A stretch of 63,116 bases of DNA, the filler included, from Thraustochytrium aureum (Eukaryota), in assembly GCA_012862495.1 (NCBI GenBank). It is 5 parts of 4 records of this genome, joined end to end, with 100 filler letters (N's around TTAATTAATTAA, not from the genome) between each part and the next. Parts side by side here need not be neighbours in the genome. Positions count along the whole stretch, not along the records: positions 31,196 to 40,202 come from BLSG01000338.1; positions 40,303 to 57,330 come from BLSG01000340.1; 3 more parts are not named here. The stretch is one strand, 5' to 3'. Under the pieces are notes generated by a model that searched no databases, was not told the DNA's origin, and was given only the letters and a program-made list of their open reading frames with translations. Numbering within the stretch: position 1 is the stretch's first letter; each line of letters opens with the position of its first letter. Positions 34,580-46,900 of the stretch are shown in pieces. A program made the position numbers and the translations under genes.

Positions 34580-34733
34580 GCTTGCGCTAGAGCTAGTGAA
34601 GCACTCTTTGTTTCTTTGCGATGTTTGGTACCAACGTAGTATTGCGGCATCGAGACGAGCCGTCGAGGAAGGCCTCGCTTTAGCTCGCTCGCTGTCGGGT
34701 TTCTCGGCCAAGAAAAAACAACGCACGGCCGCA

Positions 34734-36208
34734 TCACATTTCGATGCCGGCAAAGCCAAGCATGACCACCTTGTAGCCCTCCTCGAGCGGGAGCGGGGTG
34801 GCCCCTGGCGTGACGTGCGACGCAACAAAGCGCGCGATAGCTGCTAGCTCCTCCGCAGAGTCAAAGATCTCTCCGAGGAAAACAAGCGCGTTAAAGTCGG
34901 CAATTGCTCTTGCGATGGCCGAGTCCGACGGCGCCCGCCCGACCTTTTGCAACGCTGCGCTAAAGTCTTTCTGAGACGGCGTTGTGCCGTGCTCGCGGTT
35001 GTACCGGGGAAAACTCCCAGTGTACGGTGAGGTGTGGCTGAGGATTGGGACGCGCTTGAGGAAAAAGTCATTGTCCACGACGTGGGCTTCCTTTTCTCGA
35101 CAATGAGCGTAAACGTTTCATTGACCGCAGCGTGGCCTGGGTTGTCCGGCATGTGGAGCAAGGCGTCTTCTGCAACCATTTCGAGGCACTGCGGGGTGAG
35201 CGAGAAGGCGTCGAAGGAGGCGTTGCCCTGATCGGAGGTGACTTTGACCACGACAAAGGCCGAGTCCAGCTTACCCTCGGTGGCCTCGAGCGCCTGCTCT
35301 GCAGCATGAATAACTTCGTGGGTACTGAAGGTGTATCCTTCGCGCGGCGGGTGGGAAAACATAAAGCCAACCTTTTGCATTCCGAGGCCTGCAGCGATTG
35401 CCTCGACCTTGGCCTCGCGTGGGTCTTCGAGGAGCTGAAATTCGGCGCCCGAGTTTAGCTGTAGCGGCTCATAGATGGCGTGCACGATGACGCCCTGCTT
35501 GGGCTTGAGATCCTCCTTGGTGAGTTCCTCCAGGTCGCTGAGCGCCATTTTGCGCTTTGATGGTCCTTTGCGGAACGTGCGAGCGCCTTCGGAGGCGGTC
35601 GCCTCACGGGCCTCCTTGGCCTTGAACGCATCGCTACCGGGCACCTCTTCCCCGGGCACGAATTTCCCGTACAGGTAGGCGCACCTCGACGTCTGAAATC
35701 CGAAGGTCTGCAGGTACTGCTGGAACGTGTTGCAAGAGCCGGCATCCAGGCTCGCGCTTGAGCAGAAAGAGAGCTGCTCGCCCTTCATCTCGAACGTGTA
35801 CTTGTTGTCGAATTCGACCATGTCTGTCAGCGTCCAGTGCAGCTTTTGTGTACGCAACGCTTGCAGGCCGGGCCGAAACCCTTCCGTGGGGCCTCGATCC
35901 GCGGCAACCAAATTCCCATTTGCGTCAATAGCTTTTGGGCCGGCTCCCAACAGTGACGTGGCGCCGGCGGCCGCCGACGTCGCGCCCTGTGCGTCCACAT
36001 GGAGCATGTCCCCGTGCTTGATGCCGAGCTCGGCAAGCGTGGCAGCGCCCTTGTCCTGCAGCGGCTCCGAGTAGTCTGCGTTGAGCGAGACGCGAGTGAT
36101 TTTGACGCCTTTTTCGTGTTCTGCCTTGGCCAAAAACTCGGACAGCTTGGTTTGCGGCTCTGCCTCGCGGCGCCACATGCCCACGCGGGTCCTCATCCGC
36201 ACAATCAT
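34734..36208 (-). CDS. NPL4: Nuclear protein localization 4 (Cdc48/p97 cofactor); frameshift at ~35093
   Basis: N-terminal UBL (MIVRMRTRVG..TLAELGIKHGDML), FQQYLQTFGFQTSRCAYLYG, VHAIYEPLQ, GMQKVGFMFSH. One extra A gives EKKEAHVVDNDFFLKRVPI..FPRYNR. Confidence 0.88.
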
Positions 36209-37184
36209 CCTCACTCCCCCGCCCCCAAGAAAATCGAAAACCAGGGCGATCCACGCCGCCGCTTCCGACACCAACGCCGACGTCGCACCCCCTCCCGCTG
36301 CCGCCGTCCCAGCAGTTCGTACTGCTTTGCGCCGCTCCTGCTGTGCGTGCTCCTTGCGTGGACAGTTGAGGTTCTGTCCGCTGTTCGTCTGCTTTTTTCG
36401 GGAGTCGTCGTGTCGTTGTGGTCACCAAGCAGAAGGTTGATGATGATCTCGAGGTAGCCTGTGACGGGGCATCTCTGCGCGCGGCGGGGGTCGCGTGCCG
36501 AAGAGCCCCCAGACCAGTCCCGTAGCAACCGGACTGACAACCAGAGGTCTGAAGATGGCGAAGAGTCTGACAAATGGTGGATTTTAACACGAAGCGTCCG
36601 TGACAACCTCGCTGAGGATCAATCCGCAGGTCGAAATAGTTGCACCAAGCAACCAACCTCTTGGTGGAGCAGCCGGAGATAGCCTGACGAAGCCTGCGTG
36701 TCCCAGCCACCAGTGGCCTCGATCATGAAGGGGTGAAAGGTCATGCTGGAGCACGACATGATAGCTGAATCCTCCTTGTCCTGCTGCAAGAGCTCAACAG
36801 CTCCGTTGCGACCACCGCGAGGACTCGGTTGCTGGTTTCGGATTTAGGGTTGAGAGACGCAGTTCTCAAGTAGATAGGTGAGTATCCACTTTTCAATCAA
36901 GGTCAAATTCGAGTGACGGGTGTTGGTGAGTGCATTGGGTTTATCTCGCGGAGCTGCTTGCAAGAGCCCAGTGCTGGGATAGCTGGGTTTGCAGACCGAC
37001 AGCGTTCGCCGCAATAGCAAGGCTCCGACTCTATCAGCTAGCTAGCTTGCGAGACTGCTGTTGCAGATAAGAAGAGCACTGGTGAGCCAGGGCCGCCACC
37101 CGCGAGCCGGCCATCCAGCCAGCCAGTCCGCTAGAAAGACCTTTGAACACGCACCAACGGCCAGGCAGGCAACGCGTGTCTGGC

Positions 37185-37581
37185 TCAGAGCGGGCTGGAC
37201 AGGTGCAGGCCACCCAAGAGCTGGACCGAGTACGATGTCACAGCCCCGGTGGCCTTAAAATCNNNNNNNNNNNNNNNNNNNNNNNNNNNNNNNNNNNNNN
37301 NNNNNNNNNNNNNNNNNNNNNNNNNNNNNNNNNNNNNNNNNNNNNNNNNNCCAGGCTTTGTAGTGTGGCGTCTCCTTGTGAAACGCTACGGCGCCCATGT
37401 CCTTGTACGTCTCGTAAAACATAAACTTGGTCGCGTCCTCCGGGTCCGCGAGGACGTCGAAGCCGAGGCATCCAGGCTCCTTGCGCGACTCCACGGCGTC
37501 CATCTCAATAACCTTGTGAAACTCCTCGAGCCGATCCGCGGAGATCTCCACGGTCACAAGCACCGCCACCGGCAGCGTCAT
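37185..37581 (-). CDS. ABM-domain (LsrG-like) monooxygenase/isomerase
   Basis: SRKEPGCLGFDVL..KFMFYETY..AVAFHKETPHYKAW; after the gap it continues DFKATGAVTSY..L* (TGA at 37185-37187). Confidence 0.85.
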
Positions 37582-38102
37582 CGCGCCTCTCGCTCCGTGC
37601 GCCGCGCCCTGCCCGCGCTCTTCTTGCACCGTCCGTCGTTGCTCTGCACTGCGGTGCGAGCGCGTCTGAGTCGGACATCAAGCGAGCGATGTTGAAGAAA
37701 ACGAAGCGATTCTGCTCGATACTTCGGCCTTTCGCTGCAGGCAAAATAGTTACCTTTACCTTAAAATGATAGGCCGAAAGAAGGCTTAGATTCCATGGGG
37801 TTAGCCCCACTGCTTCAGCTGCTGGAACCGTTTTGGGGTGCACTTGGGTCTCTTTGCAAAGGATTTTATCAAAATTTCCTCATATGTTTTAATTTCGATA
37901 GATGACATCACTAAGGCGAGATAGTCGAAAGAGTCCCCAGATCTTCTCGCTCAAACAGCCACGAAACCACGAAACCACGAAACGACGAACAGACCCGCAG
38001 CCGCAGCAGCAGAGCGACAGCAGCACCGCGAATAGCCAGCAGCAGTTGCAAGGGTACGTACGAGTCGGGGTACGGAGACCGCGCTCCTAGCTCTTTGGAG
38101 CG

Positions 38103-39136
38103 ATGAAGGTTGCCCGCGCGGCTCTGGCCGGGGTTGTGGCGGCAGCGTTGGCGACCCGAGCTGAGGCGCAAGCAAGCGAAACGGTGACCGTATCGATAAG
38201 GATCCCGGTCACGGTACCGCTTCAGGTACCGGCGGGGACAAGCTTCAGGGAGGCTGCCGAGCAGTTTGTGGAGCGCAACCAGCTGCCGGCGGTCAACGTG
38301 GACGCAATCGAAACTGCGCTCGCGACGCGGTGGCGAGAGATGCAAGAAGAGAATGTGATGAGGACCCAGTGCGCGACATGGCAAATGGAACACGGCGTTT
38401 TCCCGCTGAAAGACTGGGGCACCTTGCCCGCGGACAAACGCGTCGAGTGGCTCAAGTACGACTGCGACTCGCGCGTATCGCGACCCCCCCCTCGGCCCTC
38501 GTCTCAATCACCGTTGAGGTGGACGGAAAGCCCTTGGTCCTGCGCGCCTTCCAAGGCGACACGGTCCGCAGCTCGGTTGAGCGTTTCTGTAGAACCTACG
38601 GCGTCGACTTCGAGCAGAACGGCCAGGTCCTGGTCGACGCTATGCTGCAGCAGCTCACCGCCAAGCAACAAGAGGAGCAGATCAAGCAGGCCGAGGCCCA
38701 GGCGAAGGACGATGCCACTTTCCTTTTCTCAATTCCGATCAACGTCGACGGCAAGTTGGTCCGCCTTCGCGTGCACGAAGGCGACATGCTCGACGAGCTC
38801 GTCTCGACATTTTGCGCCACGTATGGTGTGAACGAGGCCGAGAGCGGCGACCTGACCCGCAAAGCGATCGTGGACACGACAGCCCAGCTCCGCGCCGAGC
38901 TCGACCAGCAGGAGAAGACCAAGCGCGCCGAAGAACAGGCCTCAGAACCGCAGCTGCTGCTTGACATCCCCATCTCGGTGGACGGGGCGGATTTTTCCAT
39001 GAAACTCTACGACGGCGACTTTGTGGACCAAAAGATCGCGCAGTTTTGCGCCGACCACGGTTTGGACGAGGGCCAGCACGGCAAGGTGCTGCTTCAACAC
39101 ATTGCCGACCGGACGCAGGCGCTCAACGGCCAGTGA
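38103..39136 (+). CDS. Secreted protein with one C..WG.LP..W...CD module and three to four V.VDG..FC..(Y/H)G repeats; frameshift at C8 run 38484-38491
   Basis: Signal peptide MKVARAALAGVVAAALATRAEA; one extra C joins ORFs 38103 and 38330; repeats visible in the translation. Confidence 0.75.
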
Positions 39137-40202
39137 CCGACGCGTGGCGCGAGCGCTGCCGCACGCCAGGGAGGCAGATCCTGGCGAGCCATCGCTTGCC
39201 CCGATCGGGCGAGTAGGTATTGCAAAGTGCAGTCTGCATTTGCGTGGTCCAAATGCTAAACGGAATTCATCCGCACAACTTCAATCTTGTTCAGTTTGGG
39301 GCGGCTGCACTGCACCATTAACCCGGTTGATTTTTTTCGTGTGTTTCCAATACGAAGTGCTTGCCTTACTTTGGCGAGCCTCAGCTCAGGGATTTTGGAT
39401 CTCCTTGCCTCTTCCAGCGCTATCTCTCAGCGCCACAAGCGGCTGGGAATAAGGCCTCCAGCCGCTCAGCGGGTTCGATTCTTCGTCTGCCCGCTCTTCC
39501 CGCTCCTTTACTTCGTTCGGGGATTGCTTGCTTTGTGGGTTTTGATTCTGTCGTGGGATCTCCTCGGCGGAGATGCTGCTTAGCGGAGATGCGGGATTGG
39601 TTCGCGATTTATGCGTGCTTTTCTTGTGTCTTCGAGTCTGTCTTCGGGTCGGGTCGGGTTGCTTGCCCTTTTGCTTGCCTTTTGGTTCTCGCCATGGGCC
39701 ACCAACTTGGTTGTGGGAGTGCTTGCCCTTGCGAGATTCTGCCCATTCGAACGCCATCGATGTCCATGCTTAGCGCCTATCTGGTTGAGCGCGGATTGGA
39801 CACGATGATTGGATGTGTTGTCGGTTACAGGACAGCGGTTGAGCCATGGCCGGGCGGGCCATGTCCGTTTGGGTGATGTGATGTGATAGTCTTTTACGTG
39901 CCTGGGTCCGTTTGTCCTGGTGCGGTCAGCACGGCGAGTGGACTGGCTCTTGCGCTGCGCCTTGGAACGGGAGAGTGATGGAAACGGCTTGGCCTTGTTG
40001 TATCGAGTTGATGCAGCGCGGAGAGTGACCGCGCCTTTGCTCGTTCGCGGCTATCCGGTTGGAGCTGCCGCGGCGGCGATCGCGCTTTACTCGATTGCTG
40101 CTAGCCGGTTGGTATCCCAATTGCTTGGCTTTTGCTTTGCCGATTGCTGTCGCGGCAAAGCCTTTGTGCATGTTGTGACTATTACAGGGTGTCACTGATT
40201 AA

Positions 40203-40302
40203 NNNNNNNNNNNNNNNNNNNNNNNNNNNNNNNNNNNNNNNNNNNNTTAATTAATTAANNNNNNNNNNNNNNNNNNNNNNNNNNNNNNNNNNNNNNNNNN
40301 NN
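40203..40302. other. Artificial scaffold-joining spacer
   Basis: TTAATTAATTAA at 40247-40258 between N runs. Confidence 0.95.
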
Positions 40303-40928
40303 GAGGGGGCTCGCTGTCTCTCTGTCTGTTCGGGCCTGGGCCAGAAAAGACGGAAAGCGGGTCGGCGGAGGCCTGTAATCGGCGACTCGGAGAGGCTTGG
40401 CAAGCAATCGCTGGCAGCAGCATTCGATAGACAGCAAGCCCTGTCAGGAGTCATCGAAGGAGGGGGCAGCGTGTCATCCCTTTCCCTGGTTGGCCGCTCG
40501 CGCGTGGCGTCGACGCAGCTTCAGTTGAACACTGGCTTGCGACAGTGCTGCAATTGAGTGGGTGGGTGACGGTACTCACGCAACTGTAGCGCGCGACTGT
40601 TGCGCAACTCGAAAACTCATCAGAGCCTGCGCCGATCGAAGTGGGACGAACTCACTGCTTGCACAGTGGAACAAAAATCAGCGCCGCAACATCAAACAGA
40701 CAAAGAGCGCAGGCAGTCCCGCATCGAGCTGCGGACGTGCTGGGCCACGAAGGGTTCTGTCGCGCGGCGCGAGACAATTGGCCCAGGATGTGCTGCGGGG
40801 AGCGGTTTGGCTCAAAGCCTCGAGAAGGCACCTCGACGCAACCCTACGGACTTGACGATGTCGCAGGCGTGGGACTCGCTCGGGCAGGCAAGCGCGGCCT
40901 GAAGAGCGTGCTCCTATGCGCGTACGGG

Positions 40929-42154
40929 ATGGGTGCCAACGAGGGAATGCCAAAGGTCAGCGGGAGCACGGTATCCTTCGTTGTCGTTGCGGCAGGCGTT
41001 GTGGGCTACCTTCGCGCCCGGCGCGGACGCTATGTGCCGCTGCTGGACGAGATGTGCCGAATGCGGGACTCGATTGGGTTTGTGGTCGGCAAAGGGCTCA
41101 TATTGGTCAACTCTGCCGTCTGGTGGGCCATCGTCGCACGCGAGCACATCGCAACTTCGCTTGAACGCCTCGCAGCTCCACTCCGCTCTACCAGACGCGA
41201 GGGCAAACACGGATCGGGGGCAGCGCGTCGCGACCACGAGAGCGGCGACGGGGACTACGACGAAGACGACGAAGCCTTTGAGGACGTTGTTCTCGGCGGC
41301 AAGCCGCGCACCTCGACAGCAGGCGCAGCGCCTCCTATGGCCACTATTCACGAAGTCCCGAGTGCCGAGTCGTTGTGCAGTAGCGTAGCTAGCCCGAAAT
41401 CCGGCCCGAGCGCAGAGTTGCCTGAAGCGGCTTCACGTGTGGACGACCTGCCGAGCAGCAGCGACGGCGACCTGCAGTTCGAACGGGACTCGGACGAGGA
41501 GACAGGCGCTGATGCGGGCAATGCCAGTGAGGACGACGACGAGGACGACGACGACGACGACGAAGAGGATAGCGTTAGTGGCAGCGCGCCATCGATCGCA
41601 GACAGCCTCGAGGCCCCGTCACGAACTGGGTCTCCATTTCACAACTTTGTTGGCCGCCTCTCCAACTTGTCCTCGACCTGGACTTTTGTGACGAGCAGCG
41701 AAGCGCAGCCGTCGCCGCGAGCTGTACAAAACCAGGGCGAGGATGAGGCGGTCGAAATCATTGAGGAGGAAGAGGTTTTCGACGACGAAGGCGCCGACGA
41801 ACGCGACGGAGGAGAGGAGAAGGGCGTCGGGCTCGAGTCGCTTTTGGAGCTCGAGCGGGATCCAGCTTCTCAGGCCAAGATGGGCCGCAACGCGAGGAGA
41901 GCGAGGGCGAGGACGTCGTCGTGGAAGAATATGACGCCGAGGCTGTGGAGGTAGCCTTCGACGTCGACGGGGACGTCGCGCTAGATGTCTCCGAGCAGCC
42001 GGGCGACGCGCGGATTGGAGACGACAAGGAAAACCTTTCTTCTTTTGACGCTGTGGCGTCGTGGTTCAAAGCATTTGCGGCGTCGACTGCAAGCTCGGAG
42101 GGGAACAAGTCCCACCGGGCCGGGCTCGGCGCGCACACGACGGCAAACCTCTAG
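40929..42154 (+). CDS. Hypothetical acidic, largely disordered protein with N-terminal hydrophobic segments; frameshift ~41870
   Basis: VSFVVVAAGVVGYL hydrophobic segment; long D/E tracts; the acidic composition continues in the 41921-42154 frame. Confidence 0.6.
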
Positions 42155-42202
42155 CCGTGCGGAATTTGTCTGCTTGGCACCGGGAGCCGGCCTTCGCAAT
42201 TG

Positions 42203-42638
42203 TACACAATACTTCGTTCTTGCTCCAGCCTCTCTAGCTAGCTAGCTCGAGAGAGCTCGAGAGCTCTACTAGCTCGAGTAGCTCCAGAGAGAGGCTCCTG
42301 GGCTGGCTCGTAGCTCTTTTCTTTCTAAAGCTAATGGCAGCCGCGGCTCGACGATTTTGACTTTCCCGCAAGGATCAACTTGGCGTAGTGCATTTCGACT
42401 GCGGCTGCGCGAAACTTTACGGGTCGCTCGCGCCCGTGCACTACACAATACTTCGTTCTTGCTCCAGCCTCTCTAGCTAGCTAGCTCGAGAGAGCTCGAG
42501 AGCTCTACTAGCTCGAGTAGCTCCAGAGAGAGTCCAGAGAGAGGCTCCTGGGCTGGCTCGTAGCTCTTTTCTTTCTAAAGCTAATGGCAGCCGCGGCTCG
42601 ACGCGAAACTTTACGGGTCGCTCGCGCCCGTGCACTAC
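42203..42638. repeat. Tandem duplication: 239-bp unit plus a second copy with an internal deletion and a 10-bp insertion
   Basis: tacacaatacttcg..cccgtgcactac occurs at 42203-42444 and again at 42442-42638. Confidence 0.92.
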
Positions 42639-43117
42639 TCCCTGCGAAAGTCCAGCATGTCTAGGCCAATCGGCACCGCGTGCATCGGCATCGCGGTGTG
42701 GTAGTCGCTTGCCTGTTCAAGCCAGCGAGCCTGCTCCTCCAAAGACCACAGCACTTGTCGCCTTGCCTCCTCTGCAGCAAAGGCAAGCTCGGACACGTAC
42801 TGAAACGCGGCCCCACCGTCTGCGTCGCTCAACGGCGTCGTCGGCATGCTCGGAATCTCGTCGTCCCGCTCTCCAGTCACAGAAAGGCGTTCGTGCATCT
42901 CTTCAAACCCGCCTGCGCTGCCACGCCCCGCCCAAGTCCTCCCAATCGCCTCACCGTCATCACCAGCACCGTCATCACCAGCATCATAGTCATCACCTTC
43001 TCCATCAACATCGCTCTCGAAAGACTCGCTTGCCCAGTCAGCGCCGTTCGCGCCGCGGTCGCCTTGGGAGGTCCTCACGAGCTCCCAAGCACGTCGCGGC
43101 GCTTGTTCAGCGGGCAT
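42635..43117 (-). CDS. Hypothetical acidic protein
   Basis: ORF with D/E-rich middle and helical C-terminus (AEEARRQVLWSLEEQARWLEQ); start uncertain. Confidence 0.45.
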   Translation of the reverse strand: MPAEQAPRRAWELVRTSQGDRGANGADWASESFESDVDGEGDDYDAGDDGAGDDGEAIGRTWAGRGSAGGFEEMHERLSVTGERDDEIPSMPTTPLSDADGGAAFQYVSELAFAAEEARRQVLWSLEEQARWLEQASDYHTAMPMHAVPIGLDMLDFRRE

Positions 43118-43908
43118 GTTGAACGCCCGAGCCGAGGCTTCTCGGTGCGCGCAGCCAGCTCGACTTTCTTTCCGCCAGCTCCAGCCCTTCCGGCTCTGCG
43201 CCACAGGCACATTAATTCGACCATCATCTGTTCTGCCTCCACGAGTGCCCGCCGCAACGGCGTCTTCCCCCTCTATCTCTCCCAACCCCCTGCTTATATC
43301 ACTCAATAGAGGGTTATCGTCTTCGCCCCTCTGTTATAGCCTTCTAATAATAACGCAGTATCTTATCGTTTAATAGAGGGGTCACCCTCTATAAGAGTCG
43401 AGTCCAGGGAAGAAAGGTAGAGGGACACGTATAGAGGGCCAATGCCTTCCGCAGCGGGGTGGACACAGGAGGGTCGGGGGAGAGCGCGCGTTGCCCGTGC
43501 AGGACCGTAACGCGTGCGCGCGTTGCCCGTGCAGGACCGCATCGCGTGCGTGCGGGCGGGCGGGCGAGCCGCGTGTGTCGCTGCGTGCGTGCGTGCGCGT
43601 GCGTGCGTGCTTGCGGGCGGCCGGCCGGCCAGGCCGCGGAGGAAGACTGCCGCGCTGCGGGTTGTACGGAACGTGGACCTGCGGTCGCTGCTGCTCGGGC
43701 TCGCAGTTGCGGTTGCTCTTTTGCCGCGCTCCGGGTGGCCCGCGGTTGCGGGGAACGAACGCGCGCTTGGAGGCGCGGGACACGGCCGCTCGACGTGCAG
43801 GGCGGCACGCTCGCCGCGGAAGCGTGGGACGACGGGCTCGGCGGCCTGAGGTGCGCTGGCCGGCTTGGGGGACGCGCAGAGCGCGAGTTGGGACGCACCG
43901 CCAAGGCC

Positions 43909-46900
43909 ATGGACACGACGCAACCCGCGATCGTTGAGGACGAGCCCAAGGGCCGCAGTGACAGGGAACTCCCTGCACGCGAAGCTATTGCGGTGGACAC
44001 CAAAACAAAGGCCGGGTCTGTCAGGAACGCGTCAACTGTGGAGACCAGGCAGACTGATGAACATCTTTCCGGCAACGCGCCCGAAACGCATTCCAGCGGG
44101 GAAGCGCGAGACAACGAGGCTGAAGGGCAAAATCAGCCAACTGAACAAGCCGCACTTGATAGCGGCTCAGCTGACGCACCAGATGTAGCAAGAGCTCAAG
44201 AGAGTGCAGGCCCTTCCGCGCCACAGTCAAAGCCCCTCGGCCCGCTCGATGTCGCCGCACGGACCATCTTCGGGTTCAAGCTTGCCGCTCAGCAAGCCGA
44301 AGTGGAGGGATGGGAGGCCGCCCTCCTTGTCGTCCGCAGCAAGCTTTTGTCACTGGCCGCAACGGGCGGGTCGCTATCCGACGCGGAGATGGCTTTCGCG
44401 TCCACGCAGGTGCCCCTCTTGCTGCGCAAGCTCTTTCTGTTCACAAAGGTGCCGCCAGAGAGCTCGAAGACAGTTAACAGCGTTTTCCAAGGCGCGATCC
44501 TGCTCTGGATACGGCTCGCGCAGCTTGATCTGCTCCATCTCACGCGCGCCTTGCTCATGCTCCTCTACGGCGCAATCCACCCACCAACAGCGAGCGCGAC
44601 GGTAAGCGCTGCGCTCGCAAACGCCGCTGCAAACGCTACTGCCGATGTTGACAGCTGCGTCGGCGAGATGGAGCTCACCGTGGTCAACATCGCAACTGCA
44701 GTGCACAGCCTGCCTGGCATTAAGTCCTTCTACGACGAGCACGGCATGCCGATGAGAATAGAGATGGATCGCGAGCGGATCACGTACTGGCCGCACGAAG
44801 GGCCAGAGATCGAGGCGCGCATGCGCGAACGCGTCGGCCAAACCCTGAAACTCAGCGCCACCTCCAAGGCGGGCCCAAGCGCGGCCGACCTCGGTGTCGT
44901 GAAAATCGTCGACTATTGCCTCTCCAACAACATGTATGAGGTCGCTTCACTTGGCCCTGACGCAGTAGTTCCAGGTGCCGAGGAGACCAGCAGCGGCGGC
45001 CCCGACGGCGAAGCAGCGGTTGTGGCTCTTAGCGACGCGGTGTCTGCCGAACCCTCGGGAGGTGGAAATGGAAATGGCCACGACCAAGGAAGCGTGCACC
45101 GAGGCCCACCCGCGCCGGGTCGAACGACCTGGATTGACTTGAACGCGTACAACTTTCAGGTCTTGAAGGAAGCGCCGCCTCAAGAGACGGCCGACGCNNN
45201 NNNNNNNNNNNNNNNNNNNNNNNNNNNNNNNNNNNNNNNNNNNNNNNNNNNNNNNNNNNNNNNNNNNNNNNNNNNNNNNNNNNNNNNNNNNNNNNNNNNN
45301 NNNNNNNNNNNNNNNNNNNNNNNNAAGGAAGCGCCGCCTCAAGAGACGGCCGACGCGGGGGTGGACGCCTTTGCTAGCCAGGACGATGTCGAGGCCGCCA
45401 GGTCGGCAAAGCGCGCCGTGCACTTTCCTCCGCCAACCACCAACCCGGCGCCTTCCGAATTCATGGTGAACAACGCCAACTTGTTCGTCGCGAGCGGCGG
45501 CCTGGCGGCCCTCATCGGCCGCGTCGACCCAAGTTTAAGTAGGCGTGAGCCCGTGCCAATCACCCAGCTCATGTTTGCCTTGCGCTGCGTTCTCGCGCTG
45601 GAGTGGGTCATGTCGTATAGAGACAAGAAAGCCTGGCAAAGCGCCGCCAGCTCGATGCTGGCCGCAACCGAGCGGCGCCTTGACGCGTTGTCCGACGCTG
45701 AGCTCAGAGAGGTACAGAGCGACCCCAAGCTGTTGTGGTACATCGCGCAATCAGCGGCCAGACTAGCACCTCCGGCCGACGAAGGGCCGCGACTGTCGGA
45801 GGCAACGAAAAAGGCAAGAATACAGAGCGAGGCAGAGAGGCTAACGCTGCGCGTGATGATCCTGTTTTTGCGGCTTTCCTCGATCGAGTCGCGCCTCTTC
45901 GGACTGCGACACATCCTCGACGCCGTGCGCGTCTTTTCGGCCATGGGCAGCGCAACGAGGCAAATCGCGGGCGCCGCGGTGGCGGGCAAGCCGGCCGCGT
46001 TTTCGTTCAACAATGTGGGCGAAGATTGGCTCCGGAGCTGGTTGCAGCAGGTCGACATTGTACGCCTGCTTTACGAGAGCAAAAACCTCCACCTCGAGCT
46101 TCTGCAGCGCAGCAGCGCAGTCGTTCTTTTTATGGGACGCGAGGGCATCGTGCAGGACGCGCACTTGCGCATCATCTGGGAGGCATCGGTCGGGCGCGAC
46201 AGCGCGACCATGCGGATCATTCACTCGCTCTTCATTGCGCTCATCGGGCGGCTGCCTCGGCGCCAGCGCTTGTGGTTCTTTCACAACTGCGTCGCCGCGC
46301 TGCCCTTTGCGGACTACGACGAAGGCGGCGACACCTTGCGCTTTATCTACGAGCTCACCGTGGCCGCGCTCCAAGCCGACGCCGCAACGCCTCCGGAGGA
46401 GCTCGACGTAGGCTCGTCAAGCGATGAGGCCAAGCTGGCCACCGGATCAGAGGGGCCCGACGCTGACGCGCCGCCACGGCCGACGGCCTCGCTCTCCTCG
46501 CGCGACTCCTCCGGTGCGGCCTCACCAAGGTGTGACGACGACGCGCGCAGCGAGGACGGCCAGGGCGGCGGTTTCCAGAGCCCCAAGGGATTGGACAAGC
46601 TTGGCGAGGCCGCCCCGAGCCTCCGCCAGTCCGGCTCGGCGGGCTCGCTGCCCTCGCTCGCCTCCATCCAAAGCTCTGCCTCCAAGGACGACGCGGCCGC
46701 CGCGAGGGTCTCCGCTGCGGCTAGTAGTGAGAGAGGGCTGAACGGTGCAAACCCGTGGTACGGGCTCTCAGTGCTGTGGCGATTTGCACAAGACGACCCC
46801 GGCCCGGACGTCGAGGAGCCACTGGCAGACAGCACCGGGATGCCCCTCTCCCCGGAGCCTCTGCAAGAGTTCTCGCCGCGCCAGTCGGAGAGGAGGCGCT

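Noticed and set aside
39250..40200. Lower-GC, strand-skewed region that might be a transposon remnant
   Set aside because: I found no gag, RT, integrase or transposase motifs and no terminal repeats.
45166..45356. Apparent KEAPPQETAD repeat either side of an N gap in the USP gene
   Set aside because: Identical flanks indicate overlapping contig ends (a false gap). The gagg overlap at 33350/33556 in the PhyH gene is similar.
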